From Candidatus Nomurabacteria bacterium (GTDB lineage Bacteria; Patescibacteriota; Minisyncoccia; Phycocordibacterales; UBA2100), in contig CALRFU010000004.1 in the NCBI GenBank assembly GCA_943356775.1, positions 8,546 through 72,545 of the forward strand: a DNA stretch of 64,000 bases, given 5' to 3'. Positions 1-8,674 of this stretch are shown in pieces. Every line of letters starts with the position of its first letter. The first letter of the stretch is position 1. The notes under the pieces were generated by a model. That model ran no database searches, was not told the DNA's origin, and saw only the letters and a list, made by a program, of their open reading frames with translations. The position numbers and the translations under genes were made by a program.

Positions 1-1050
1 GAGAGCCGCATGCGCAAACTCGAGATAACCGGCAACGAGAAGCTGGAACACCGGGCCAACGAAATCCTCGTGACCGCAGTGCACCGTCTCGGCAATTCCG
101 TCGTCTCCGACGTTTTGGCGACCACAATTTCAATCCCGAATGACGAACTCAAGGGTAAAATCATCGGCAAAGAAGGCCGTAACATCCGCGCATTCGAACG
201 CGCGACCGGCGTCGACGTCATCATTGACGATACCCCGGGCACCATTACCCTCTCTTCCTATGACCCCATCCGCCGTCAGATAGCACGCATCGCGCTTGAG
301 AATCTCATTCTCGACGGCCGCATCCAACCCGCCAAGATAGAAGAATCCGTGCAGAAGGCCGAGCAAGAAATCAACAACATCATCAAAAAGAAGGGCGCAG
401 AAGCTGCGTTTGAGGCAAAAGTCCCGAACCTCGATCCGAAACTCATCATGATTCTCGGACGACTCTATTTCCGTTCGAGCTATGGTCAGAATGTACTTGA
501 TCACTCCGTCGAAGTTGCCCATATGGCAGGTATGCTCGCCGCAGAACTCGGTGCCAACGAAGCCGTCGCCCGTGCGGGAGCACTCTTCCATGATATCGGC
601 AAAGCTGTGGACCACGAGGTCCCCGGCACACACGTCGAAATCGGCCGTCGCATCTTGCAGAAATTCGGTGTGAGCGAAGAAGTGGTCAAGGCGATGCAGG
701 CGCACCATGAGGAATACCCATACGAAACTCCGGAATCAATGATCGTGCAGGTCGCCGACGCCATCTCTGGCGCTCGTCCAGGAGCTCGTCGTGATTCAGT
801 CGAGAACTACATCAAACGTCTCACCGAATTGGAAGCTATCGCCAACAGCAACCCTGGCGTTGAGAAGAGCTACGCAATTGCAGCTGGACGCGAAGTGCGC
901 GTCATCGTGAAGCCTGAGGCAATCACTGACCTTGAAGCACGCAAGCTCGCCCGCGACATCGCAGACAAAATCGAGAAAGACATGCAGTACCCGGGAGAGA
1001 TAAAAATCTCCGTCATCCGCGAGACAAGAGTCATCGAGTATGCGAGATAG
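1..1050 (+). CDS. rny: Ribonuclease Y (5'-truncated by window edge)
   Basis: KH motif KGKIIGKEGRNIR; HD domain HDIGKA...ADAISGARPGAR; C-terminal YPGEIKISVIRE; frame open from base 1. Confidence 0.97.
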   Translation, partial: ESRMRKLEITGNEKLEHRANEILVTAVHRLGNSVVSDVLATTISIPNDELKGKIIGKEGRNIRAFERATGVDVIIDDTPGTITLSSYDPIRRQIARIALENLILDGRIQPAKIEESVQKAEQEINNIIKKKGAEAAFEAKVPNLDPKLIMILGRLYFRSSYGQNVLDHSVEVAHMAGMLAAELGANEAVARAGALFHDIGKAVDHEVPGTHVEIGRRILQKFGVSEEVVKAMQAHHEEYPYETPESMIVQVADAISGARPGARRDSVENYIKRLTELEAIANSNPGVEKSYAIAAGREVRVIVKPEAITDLEARKLARDIADKIEKDMQYPGEIKISVIRETRVIEYAR

Positions 1051-1075
1051 TGGCTCTGTTGAGCCCTTTAATCAA

Positions 1076-1104
1076 GAGCCCCGAAACAAGATGTTTCGGG
1101 GCTT
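1076..1104 (+). terminator. Hairpin terminator after rny
   Basis: GAGCCCCGAAAC-AAGAT-GTTTCGGGGCTT inverted repeat. Confidence 0.7.
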
Positions 1105-1223
1105 AAAAGCTGTGGATAATGACATTTTGTCAATTGACAGGCAGAAAATACGGCTCAAAATGGTCAGATAGAGGTCGAGTGCGCATGACGTAAGTTATTT
1201 AATAAAAGGTAATTAGAAAATCT

Positions 1224-1499
1224 ATGGCAAATAAAATGGATTTGGTTGAGAAAGTAGCTCAGACAATCAGCTGCACGAAAGCTGATGGCGAGCGCGCAGT
1301 AGAGGCAATCATCGCGATGATTACCGACACCCTAAAGAAGGGCGACGAGGTATCGATTGCAGGTCTCGGTATCTTCCAAGCGAAGACACGCGCCGGCCGC
1401 ACAGGCCGCAACCCACGTACGGGTGCGACCATTCAGATTAAGGCGATGCGAGTGCCGAAGTTCCGCGCTTCCAAGACCTTGAAGGACGCTGTTAAGTAA
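1224..1499 (+). CDS. hup: HU DNA-binding protein
   Basis: 91 aa; GLGIF, GRNPRTG, PKFRASKTLKDAV motifs. Confidence 0.96.
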   Translation: MANKMDLVEKVAQTISCTKADGERAVEAIIAMITDTLKKGDEVSIAGLGIFQAKTRAGRTGRNPRTGATIQIKAMRVPKFRASKTLKDAVK

Positions 1500-1519
1500 C
1501 CGCTGAAGAATTCTTCACC

Positions 1520-1548
1520 AAAAGCCGCCTTCGGGCGGTTTTTGTTTT
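1520..1548 (+). terminator. Intrinsic terminator after hup, probably bidirectional with tRNA-Gly
   Basis: AAAAGCCGCC-TTCG-GGCGGTTTTT. Confidence 0.85.
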
Positions 1549-1572
1549 GCTTGCGCTGAGATCGTCGAAGTG

Positions 1573-1643
1573 TGCGGGCGGCGGGAATCGAACTCGCAAC
1601 TGCTCTTTGGAAGAGAGCCATTTTACCACTAAACTACGCCCGC
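1573..1643 (-). tRNA. tRNA-Gly(TCC), no encoded CCA
   Basis: GCGGGCG acceptor; GCTCT-CTTCCAA-AGAGC anticodon arm; TTCGATT T-loop; one A-C mismatch in T-stem. Confidence 0.92.
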
Positions 1644-2317
1644 AAATTCTCATTTCCTAACACGAGTCCCGACCATGCAGCTATCTTTCGGAAAAGAAAA
1701 ACACCAAACCTCTTCTCACCGAAGCTTTTAAAGCGTAAGTGAGCCGTTCCGTGAAGTAACTTCCCCGACTTAATAGCTTTTTTGTCGGTTCGCCTATCAA
1801 AAGAAGTCTTCTGAAATTGGCTAATGGGAATAGTAGTCATTTTCGACCAATACTGCAAACTTTTCTTTTCATCACAATCGGGATACAAGTGAAGGCGGAC
1901 CCGAAGATTCTTTTTGGGGAGCTCGAGTCCTTCAGTGAACCAGCGAAGTATGAAATTAATTACCGACGGGTCTGCGTTAGCGAAGCTCGTTATTTCAGCT
2001 GTCTTGGAGCCTTCACCAATGTACAAACCAAGGCCGATCATAAACACGTCACGCCGAGATATCTTCCCGAGTTCGCGTCTCGCCTGAAGGCCTGCCTCAA
2101 GAATTGAGTCCTGTTTTATCTTACTCTTCACCCGTCCTGAGGCGGCCCGCGCCGAACCTATTTTTTTGACAGTCTCTTCATTCGGCGTGTACGACACGTT
2201 GGCCAACCAATCTGAGAGCGTGCTTTTGGAAATCTTGAGAACTTCAGAAATATAATTGTAAGAATGCCCTTCTTTTCTAAGTTCGATTGCTCGCAACTTG
2301 TCCGTGAATCTAGCCAC
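1634..2317 (-). CDS. HTH + LAGLIDADG-like domain protein; stop codon lies inside tRNA-Gly
   Basis: N-terminal HTH (LRKEGHSYNYISEVLKISKSTLSDWL); GLGLYIGEGSK...FANADP motif; visibly more AT-rich than flanks. Confidence 0.7.
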   Translation of the reverse strand: MARFTDKLRAIELRKEGHSYNYISEVLKISKSTLSDWLANVSYTPNEETVKKIGSARAASGRVKSKIKQDSILEAGLQARRELGKISRRDVFMIGLGLYIGEGSKTAEITSFANADPSVINFILRWFTEGLELPKKNLRVRLHLYPDCDEKKSLQYWSKMTTIPISQFQKTSFDRRTDKKAIKSGKLLHGTAHLRFKSFGEKRFGVFLFRKIAAWSGLVLGNENLRA

Positions 2318-2419
2318 GGTTACATGTTATGGTTTATCAAATATATGTCGAGGGTTCGTTATCCACACCAAATATCGCTTGACTTGAGTTGCAGAGATAC
2401 AAAGCGTATATTCAAATGA

Positions 2420-3592
2420 ATGTCGCCGCGCCTCCGATCATTCATTCTGAATCTCTCAATTCTTTCATTCATTGCGGGTGGATTCTTTTTTCTCCTCGAC
2501 CGTGAGCCGGCCGGGATTGCAGTTCAAACCGCCGCAACGAGCACGGATACGTCAATCCAAACCGCGGCCGAGATTACCGCATTAGAGGCTCCGACTCCCC
2601 CACGACGCGCTACATCAACCCCTAAAAAAGTAGCCGCAGCTCCGGCAAAAGCAACCATACAAAAGGCACCAGCTCAGCAACCTGTTGTACAGAAAGAGCC
2701 CGATAATCAGGCGCGACGCATCCAAAATCCATACTCCTTTGCCCCAGTACCTTTTGAATCGATAGACGCGATTACACGGCCGGCTCTCGTCAATATCCTC
2801 TGCAAGCCGCGCGGTGGGAACACCCTCCCGCCCATCTCCGGTTCTGGTGTCATCATCGACCCGAGAGGAATTATTCTCACCAACGCACACGTAGCGCAAT
2901 ACGTACTCCTTGCACAGAGCGCTCGTATCAATCTTTCGTGTGTTATCCGCACAGGGGCGCCAGCTATCGCTAGATGGAACGCCGAAATCCTCTACATCCC
3001 GCCTGTGTGGGTAGAAGCGCATGCCAAAGAGATAACGGCGACGCATCCGGTCGGCACGGGAGAGCATGACTATGCGCTCCTCCGTATTACCGGCTCCCTC
3101 GATGCGACACCGCTCCCAATCCCCTTCCCGCACCTCCCCGTCGATACACGTGAAGCAATCGGATTCTACGGCGACCAGGTCTTGGTCGTGAGTTATCCCG
3201 CGGAATTCCTTGCGGGAGCTGCGCAATTCACCATGTACCCGGCTTCATCCATTACAACAATCGGACAACTCATGACCTTCGTGGCAAAAACAGTCGACCT
3301 CATTTCGCTTGGCGGCATTATTGAAGCACAAGGTGGTTCTTCCGGCGGTGCGGTGGTAAATGCCTGGGGTCGCCTTATAGGGCTCATATCGACGACAAGC
3401 GAGGGCGAGACGACCGCCACGAGAGACCTCCGCGCCATTAGCCTCAGCTACATCAATCGCGACATATCTATACAAACCCAATTCGATATCGCAACCACGC
3501 TCGGCGGCGACGTTGTCGCACAGGCATTCGATTTCAATACGAATGTCGCACCAAGGCTGATCGATCTCTATCTCACGCAGATCGAAAAGTGA
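2420..3592 (+). CDS. Membrane-anchored trypsin-like serine protease
   Basis: N-terminal TM; catalytic motifs LTNAHV, HDYALL, GGSSGG. Confidence 0.9.
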   Translation: MSPRLRSFILNLSILSFIAGGFFFLLDREPAGIAVQTAATSTDTSIQTAAEITALEAPTPPRRATSTPKKVAAAPAKATIQKAPAQQPVVQKEPDNQARRIQNPYSFAPVPFESIDAITRPALVNILCKPRGGNTLPPISGSGVIIDPRGIILTNAHVAQYVLLAQSARINLSCVIRTGAPAIARWNAEILYIPPVWVEAHAKEITATHPVGTGEHDYALLRITGSLDATPLPIPFPHLPVDTREAIGFYGDQVLVVSYPAEFLAGAAQFTMYPASSITTIGQLMTFVAKTVDLISLGGIIEAQGGSSGGAVVNAWGRLIGLISTTSEGETTATRDLRAISLSYINRDISIQTQFDIATTLGGDVVAQAFDFNTNVAPRLIDLYLTQIEK

Positions 3593-3720
3593 TTGCTTTC
3601 GACTAAAGGAATTTCCGAACCGCAAGAAGTGGAGCGCTCGCAAGCGCAAATGAAAGCCACATGGGCGGATTCTCCTACTACTTCGTCGTAAATTTCTGTC
3701 TATAGTTTTTTGAATTTCGA

Positions 3721-4299
3721 TCAGTATCGCTCGAGAAGCACGGTCATGGGCATGACGGCAACCGAAACTCCATGCTTACGAGATCGTTTTGAGGCTTCTT
3801 CTGGAGTCATCCCTGACGTTAGGAAAAACTCTGCAGCCATGTCAGTCGAATGGTGGGTGTGTGTTTCGTCCTGATTGACGTCGGTAAAAACGTCGAAACC
3901 AAGACGGAGCCCGATCGCTTCAGATCCAAGTCTAGATACTCCTACAATATACTTTGCCTGGGCGAATTCGCTTTCTGGATGACTCCGTGCATATTTGGCA
4001 AATTCTTTCAAAGCTCGCTCAGAGTCACGAAAATAGTTAAGTCCTATTTGCGCAGGTGTTTTTCCTTGATCCAGCTCTTGTTTTGCGTATGCTCCGATCC
4101 GATCAATATCGAAATAACAAATAGGTGGGGAAAACTTCTCGACAAGCTCGGGGTATTTTTCCGCAAGAGCTCTCGATTCGGGCAGTGCCCAATCGTCAAT
4201 ATGTCGTCTAACAATAATTGAAACAATCCCAATGTTCATCCAAGAGGAATTTTTAAATCTGATTGCGCCAACGGCGGCGTCTTCGTTTTCAAAGTCCAT
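3721..4299 (-). CDS. Hypothetical protein
   Basis: 192-aa ORF directly downstream of tRNA-Pro; no recognised motif. Confidence 0.6.
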   Translation of the reverse strand: MDFENEDAAVGAIRFKNSSWMNIGIVSIIVRRHIDDWALPESRALAEKYPELVEKFSPPICYFDIDRIGAYAKQELDQGKTPAQIGLNYFRDSERALKEFAKYARSHPESEFAQAKYIVGVSRLGSEAIGLRLGFDVFTDVNQDETHTHHSTDMAAEFFLTSGMTPEEASKRSRKHGVSVAVMPMTVLLERY

Positions 4300-4359
4300 A
4301 GACCAACAATAGCATTATCTTTTCATGGACTATTAAGAAAGAAACTCTGTATTCAGTTA

Positions 4360-4430
4360 TCGGGGCGCCGAGAATCGAACTCGGTCAACTTGCTCCCAAA
4401 GCAAGCGTACTACCGGTATACTACGCCCCG
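4360..4430 (-). tRNA. tRNA-Pro(TGG), no encoded CCA
   Basis: CGGGGCG acceptor; CTTGC-TTTGGGA-GCAAG; CCGAG-TTCGATT-CTCGG. Confidence 0.95.
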
Positions 4431-4529
4431 CATTTACCCGTTGAAGATCGCAACGATGGAAAAGCCTTCGTATACTAACACATATCATGTGCAGAATATA
4501 AAGGACAGGCTATCGGACATGAGTGTCCC

Positions 4530-4931
4530 TTACAGGTTACTCTCGAGGGCTTGCTCGAAAAGTCGACAACGGGCAGTCCTCGTACCCATGACCATAATTA
4601 CCCCCACCACATCTATCTGGAATTCGCGCTTATCTTTCTTTACCTCCATATACAAAGCAGCGGTTCTGGCCAATTTCCTAAGCTTCCTAAAGTCAACCAT
4701 CTCCTCTGGCCTATAGTCCATTTCACGGGAAACGTCCGGCAAGCTTTCACGTGAAACTGCCTTTACTTCAACAAAGCGCACAATTCCACCTTTTTCGGCA
4801 ATGATATCTATCTCACCCCAGGGTTTCCGATAGTTTCGGGTAATAACCTTAAATCCCTTACCTTCAAGGAACTTTGAGGCGACGTCCTCACCCATCCGCC
4901 CGACTTCCTTTCTTGCAGAGTCATCCACCAT
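4530..4931 (-). CDS. yraN: YraN (UPF0102) family nuclease
   Basis: G.MGEDVA..FL..KG, NYRKPWGEIDII, FVEVK motifs. Confidence 0.92.
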   Translation of the reverse strand: MVDDSARKEVGRMGEDVASKFLEGKGFKVITRNYRKPWGEIDIIAEKGGIVRFVEVKAVSRESLPDVSREMDYRPEEMVDFRKLRKLARTAALYMEVKKDKREFQIDVVGVIMVMGTRTARCRLFEQALESNL

Positions 4932-4964
4932 GCCCACCAGTATATATCAGCCAAGAGGGGAGTT

Positions 4965-5002
4965 TTCACCCCGTTAGAAGCATTGCCTCTAACGGGGTTC
5001 AC
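4965..5002. repeat. Palindromic mini-element CCCCGTTAGA...TCTAACGGGG flanked by TTCAC direct repeats
   Basis: 11-bp perfect arms (4968-4998); TTCAC at 4965 and 4998; related copy at 55104-55130. Confidence 0.75.
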
Positions 5003-5356
5003 GCGAAACGTGCAGAGGACGTTACTTAAGTAACGTCTTACACCGGCGTCTTTTACACTTTTCCCGCATAATACCCATAAAAATAAGGTTTTTTCAGATA
5101 AATACCTATGTTTCATGAAGAAAAGACATAAAAGCATGTCCTTTATCCCCATATCCACAGACTTTTCCCCAGTTTTGTCCAAAAAGAACCTTTATAAACA
5201 TTGAGTTTTATATCTTTTTCAATAGCGCCTTACCGATTGATTCAAAAAAGAGTTCTTGTCCTTTAGGATCCTTGGCTCAGAATCTGGATAAAATATGCAT
5301 TTACAACACAGAATCTCCTTGACGCCAACGTCAGTCGTGTACTACGTTTTGCACAT

Positions 5357-6406
5357 ATGAAACAACTTGGAGGTTCTACTTATCAATTGCTTCTTTTTGT
5401 TCTTGCGATTTTTGCTTTTACTATTGTCCTTGCTATTTTTCCGGTCAAAGCATTCGCTTTGGACGCAGCCACTCAAACAAGCCAAGTGCTGCCGGCGGGC
5501 GGCAACAACTGCCCGGCAGTTTCTGCTACCAACTTTACGCCATATATATACGAGGGAGGTCTTCACTCTTTTGAATTCACCGTCTCTGATGCCTCGTACG
5601 TTGCTCTCGCTGGCTCGGCAGGGAATACCCCCATCTCTTTCAACTTAGTAACACGCAAGACCGATCCTTCAGGAATGCTTCGTCTCCATGTCGATATCGA
5701 AACAACACCTATCTCAGGCACCTTGCCCTTAAAAGTAACCCTGCTCTCTGCTCGTGCTGGTAGTCCTGTATGTATGACCGTCGTCTCGGTGGGCGTGAGC
5801 TCAGCAGGTCTAGCACCGGTCCAAAACATTTCCTCTGTAAATACGATTCCAAGGACGGTGACCGCTGCGCCGACCACATCGGGATCGAGCGCGACTCCTG
5901 CTCCAAAACCAAGCACATCAACTGATCCTGTCCCGACCTCAAAGCAAGTCTTGACCACGAGCACGCCGGACGGCTCTGCAGTAGGCACCGCAAAAGTCGC
6001 ATTCGGAAAGATGTGTTCTTCGGAGACAAGCGCCTACCGCCTCTGGCTCATCCTCCTCGTGTTGTACATACTCACCGTCGGAGCTATTCTCTGGGCGAAA
6101 TTCCCCGTATCTGCCACCTGGGCACGGACTCCTGAGCGCGTAGCGACCATCACCCTCGTCCTTTTGCTCTTGCTCCTCACATTCTGGTACTTCTCAATAT
6201 CCTGCAGAGCAGCCCTCTGGATGCCTCTCATGGCCTTTCTCGTGGCGGTCTTGGGCTTACTCGCCGCATTCTGGAATCACCCACGCGTAACGCAGATGCT
6301 CCTCATCCAAGAGACAAAACAGCCGACTCCTGCGCCAGTAAAGACGACTTCCCCGACCATCATCACTCCTCCTGCAAAAGTCGTCGTCCCTCCGGCAAAG
6401 AAGTAG
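5357..6406 (+). CDS. Hypothetical membrane protein (signal peptide, S/T/P linker, 3 C-terminal TMs)
   Basis: Hydropathy pattern of translation. Confidence 0.8.
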   Translation: MKQLGGSTYQLLLFVLAIFAFTIVLAIFPVKAFALDAATQTSQVLPAGGNNCPAVSATNFTPYIYEGGLHSFEFTVSDASYVALAGSAGNTPISFNLVTRKTDPSGMLRLHVDIETTPISGTLPLKVTLLSARAGSPVCMTVVSVGVSSAGLAPVQNISSVNTIPRTVTAAPTTSGSSATPAPKPSTSTDPVPTSKQVLTTSTPDGSAVGTAKVAFGKMCSSETSAYRLWLILLVLYILTVGAILWAKFPVSATWARTPERVATITLVLLLLLLTFWYFSISCRAALWMPLMAFLVAVLGLLAAFWNHPRVTQMLLIQETKQPTPAPVKTTSPTIITPPAKVVVPPAKK

Positions 6407-6429
6407 CCCTCTTGCGCCTCACTCGTTCC

Positions 6430-6503
6430 TGGTGCGGGTACGGAGAATCGAACTCCGCTCTCGTCCTTGGCAAGGACGCGTTCTACCACTAAACCATACC
6501 CGC
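6430..6503 (-). tRNA. tRNA-Gly(GCC) with encoded CCA
   Basis: GCGGGTA acceptor; CGTCC-TTGCCAA-GGACG; ends ACCA. Confidence 0.97.
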
Positions 6504-6556
6504 ATTACCGAGGGATTATACAGTACTCGTCATAAGCGGCAACAATATTACTTTTG

Positions 6557-6628
6557 TGCTCCCGGAGGGATTCGAACCCCCAACAACAGCTTCGAAGGCT
6601 GGCATGATATCCATTTCACCACGGGAGC
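6557..6628 (-). tRNA. tRNA-Arg(TCG), no encoded CCA
   Basis: GCTCCCG acceptor; CAGC-CTTCGAA-GCTG; GGTTCGAATCC T-arm. Confidence 0.93.
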
Positions 6629-6725
6629 TAGCGAGGGACAAAGTGAAAGTTTACTTTCATTTTCCCCGAGCGACGCTCACGAAAGCTTTGTGCTTACGGG
6701 AGCTTACCGCCTATAATGCACTACA

Positions 6726-8201
6726 ATGTCAGATATGGAAACAAAGCTGGCCGTGCCCAAAGAAGTCCTCGAGGTATCCGAGGCACTTCAGGCGGGAGGC
6801 TTTGAGGCGTACCTCGTCGGCGGTTGTGTGCGCGATCTCATCATCGGTCGTGAGCCGAAGGATTGGGACATCACGACCAACGCGACGCCAGAAAAAATAC
6901 AAGCTCTTTTTGAGGATACTTTCTACGAAAACGATTACGGAACCGTTGGCGTCGTCACAAAATCCGATGATGCGCGGCTCAAGGTCATCGAGGTCACTCC
7001 GTACCGCACGGAAGGGAAGTACTCGAATGCACGACATCCTGATGAAGTGAGCTTTAGCGACAGCCTCTCCGATGATTTGAAGCGCCGCGACCTCACCATC
7101 AATGCGATTGCGTATGGTGCCGCACGCTCCGTGCTCGTCGACGAACACGGCGGGCGGGAAGACCTCGCGGCGAAACGCGTCAGGACCGTAGGGAATCCGC
7201 ATGAGCGGTTCGAAGAAGATGCGCTGCGTATGCTGCGCGCAGTGCGTATCGCAGCCGAGCTTGATTTTGTCATTGATACGCAAACCGCCGAAGGTATCGC
7301 GGCGCAAGCTCCGCAACTCGCGAAGATTTCCCGCGAGCGCGTGCGCGACGAACTCATTCGTATTGTGCAGAGCCCGCGCCCGATGCAAGCTCTCTATGTG
7401 GCTCAGAAGCTTGGTATTTTGAAGTATGTCATTCCGGAACTGGAAGAGGGAATCGGTTGTGCACAAAATCAGGCGCACTCATTCGACGTATTCGAGCATC
7501 TCATGCGAAGCCTCCAGCACGCCGCAGACAAAGAATGGCCGCTCGACGTGCGGCTCGCGGCACTGCTCCACGACGTGGGAAAGCCGGCGACGCGCGTATG
7601 GTCGGAAGAGAAAAAAGATTGGACCTTCCACGGGCATGACGTCGTCTCGGCACGGATGACGAAGAAAATTATGAATGATTTGAAATTTCCGAAAGAGACT
7701 ACCGACAAAGTATCGACGCTTGTGCGGACGCACATGTTCTTCTCGGACCCTGAGGTTGTCACGCTCTCCGCGGTACGCAGAGTCATAGCGCGCGTGGGCA
7801 AAGAAAATATCAACGACCTTTTGAATTTGCGCGTGTGCGACCGCATCGGCACGGGGAGACCAAAAGCGCATCCGTTCCGCCTCCGCAAATATATGTCGAT
7901 GGTGGACGAGGCGATGCGCGATGCCGTATCGGTCGGCATGCTGAAGATTGACGGTACAAAATTGATAGAGCTTGCTGAGAAGCCGGGACCTCGCATCGGC
8001 TGGATACTCCATGCGCTCCTCGAGGAAGTCCTCGATGAGCCTGAGAAAAACACCGGAGAATACCTGGAAAAGAGGGCGGCTGAGCTTATGAAGGTGGACG
8101 ACAAAGAACTCCGCGAACTTGGTGAGGCGGGCAAAGACCGCCGCGAAGAAGAAGACGAAGCGGCCATACAAAAGTTGAGAGAGAAACATCACGTAAGCTA
8201 G
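6726..8201 (+). CDS. cca: CCA tRNA nucleotidyltransferase with HD domain
   Basis: LVGGCVRD, DWDITT, RRDLTINA, EDALRMLR, LHDVGKP. Confidence 0.95.
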   Translation: MSDMETKLAVPKEVLEVSEALQAGGFEAYLVGGCVRDLIIGREPKDWDITTNATPEKIQALFEDTFYENDYGTVGVVTKSDDARLKVIEVTPYRTEGKYSNARHPDEVSFSDSLSDDLKRRDLTINAIAYGAARSVLVDEHGGREDLAAKRVRTVGNPHERFEEDALRMLRAVRIAAELDFVIDTQTAEGIAAQAPQLAKISRERVRDELIRIVQSPRPMQALYVAQKLGILKYVIPELEEGIGCAQNQAHSFDVFEHLMRSLQHAADKEWPLDVRLAALLHDVGKPATRVWSEEKKDWTFHGHDVVSARMTKKIMNDLKFPKETTDKVSTLVRTHMFFSDPEVVTLSAVRRVIARVGKENINDLLNLRVCDRIGTGRPKAHPFRLRKYMSMVDEAMRDAVSVGMLKIDGTKLIELAEKPGPRIGWILHALLEEVLDEPEKNTGEYLEKRAAELMKVDDKELRELGEAGKDRREEEDEAAIQKLREKHHVS

Positions 8202-8303
8202 GGTCGGTGCGTGCATTCCCAGAGCCTCCGCAGCCGAAGAGGCGAGGATTGAGGACTTTTCAGTAGAAAAGTCCGTGCTCTGGGAATGTATGCGCCGACA
8301 CTA
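8200..8303 (+). other. Structured element: 23-bp basal stem enclosing two hairpins
   Basis: GTCGGTGCGTGCATTCCCAGAGC / GCTCTGGGAATGTATGCGCCGAC; all three non-WC pairs are G-U on + strand. Confidence 0.6.
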
Positions 8304-8354
8304 GCATTACCAACCCTACTTCGCATAAAGCTACGCAGGGCTTTTTTGCTTCGC

Positions 8355-8543
8355 AAAAAAGAAAAAGCCGCCTCACCTGGCCACCCGTTTCTTTGTTTAG
8401 GTGGCCGCCGTGAAGCGGCTTTTAGTTGTTGTCTCCGATTCCTCCAAAGGAATTGAATAATTACTGCAAGTACCTAGGCGTTCAATCGGTCACGGAGGCG
8501 ACCGTAATTTTTAGAACATGAGTACTTTGTAATGTATTTACTC
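8355..8543 (-). ncRNA. Candidate ~190-nt sRNA with own promoter and terminator
   Basis: TTGCTC-N17-TCTAAT at 8576-8548; long irregular hairpin 8543-8455; terminator hairpin 8423-8362 with U-tract; no credible ORF. Confidence 0.5.
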
Positions 8544-8674
8544 GACCATTAGAGGTGCGAGAGACATAAAGAGCAACTAGGATGAATCTTATCGCTGTAT
8601 TGGACACTGTAAAGGACAGACTGTTGATAACTGCTCTGTTTAGCATGTCCTTTAAAGGACATCCCTAAATAAGC

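Noticed and set aside
1573-1643. tRNA-Gly(TCC) as pseudogene or att remnant
   Set aside because: Full length with a single T-stem mismatch; no duplicated tRNA fragment found flanking the adjacent ORF.
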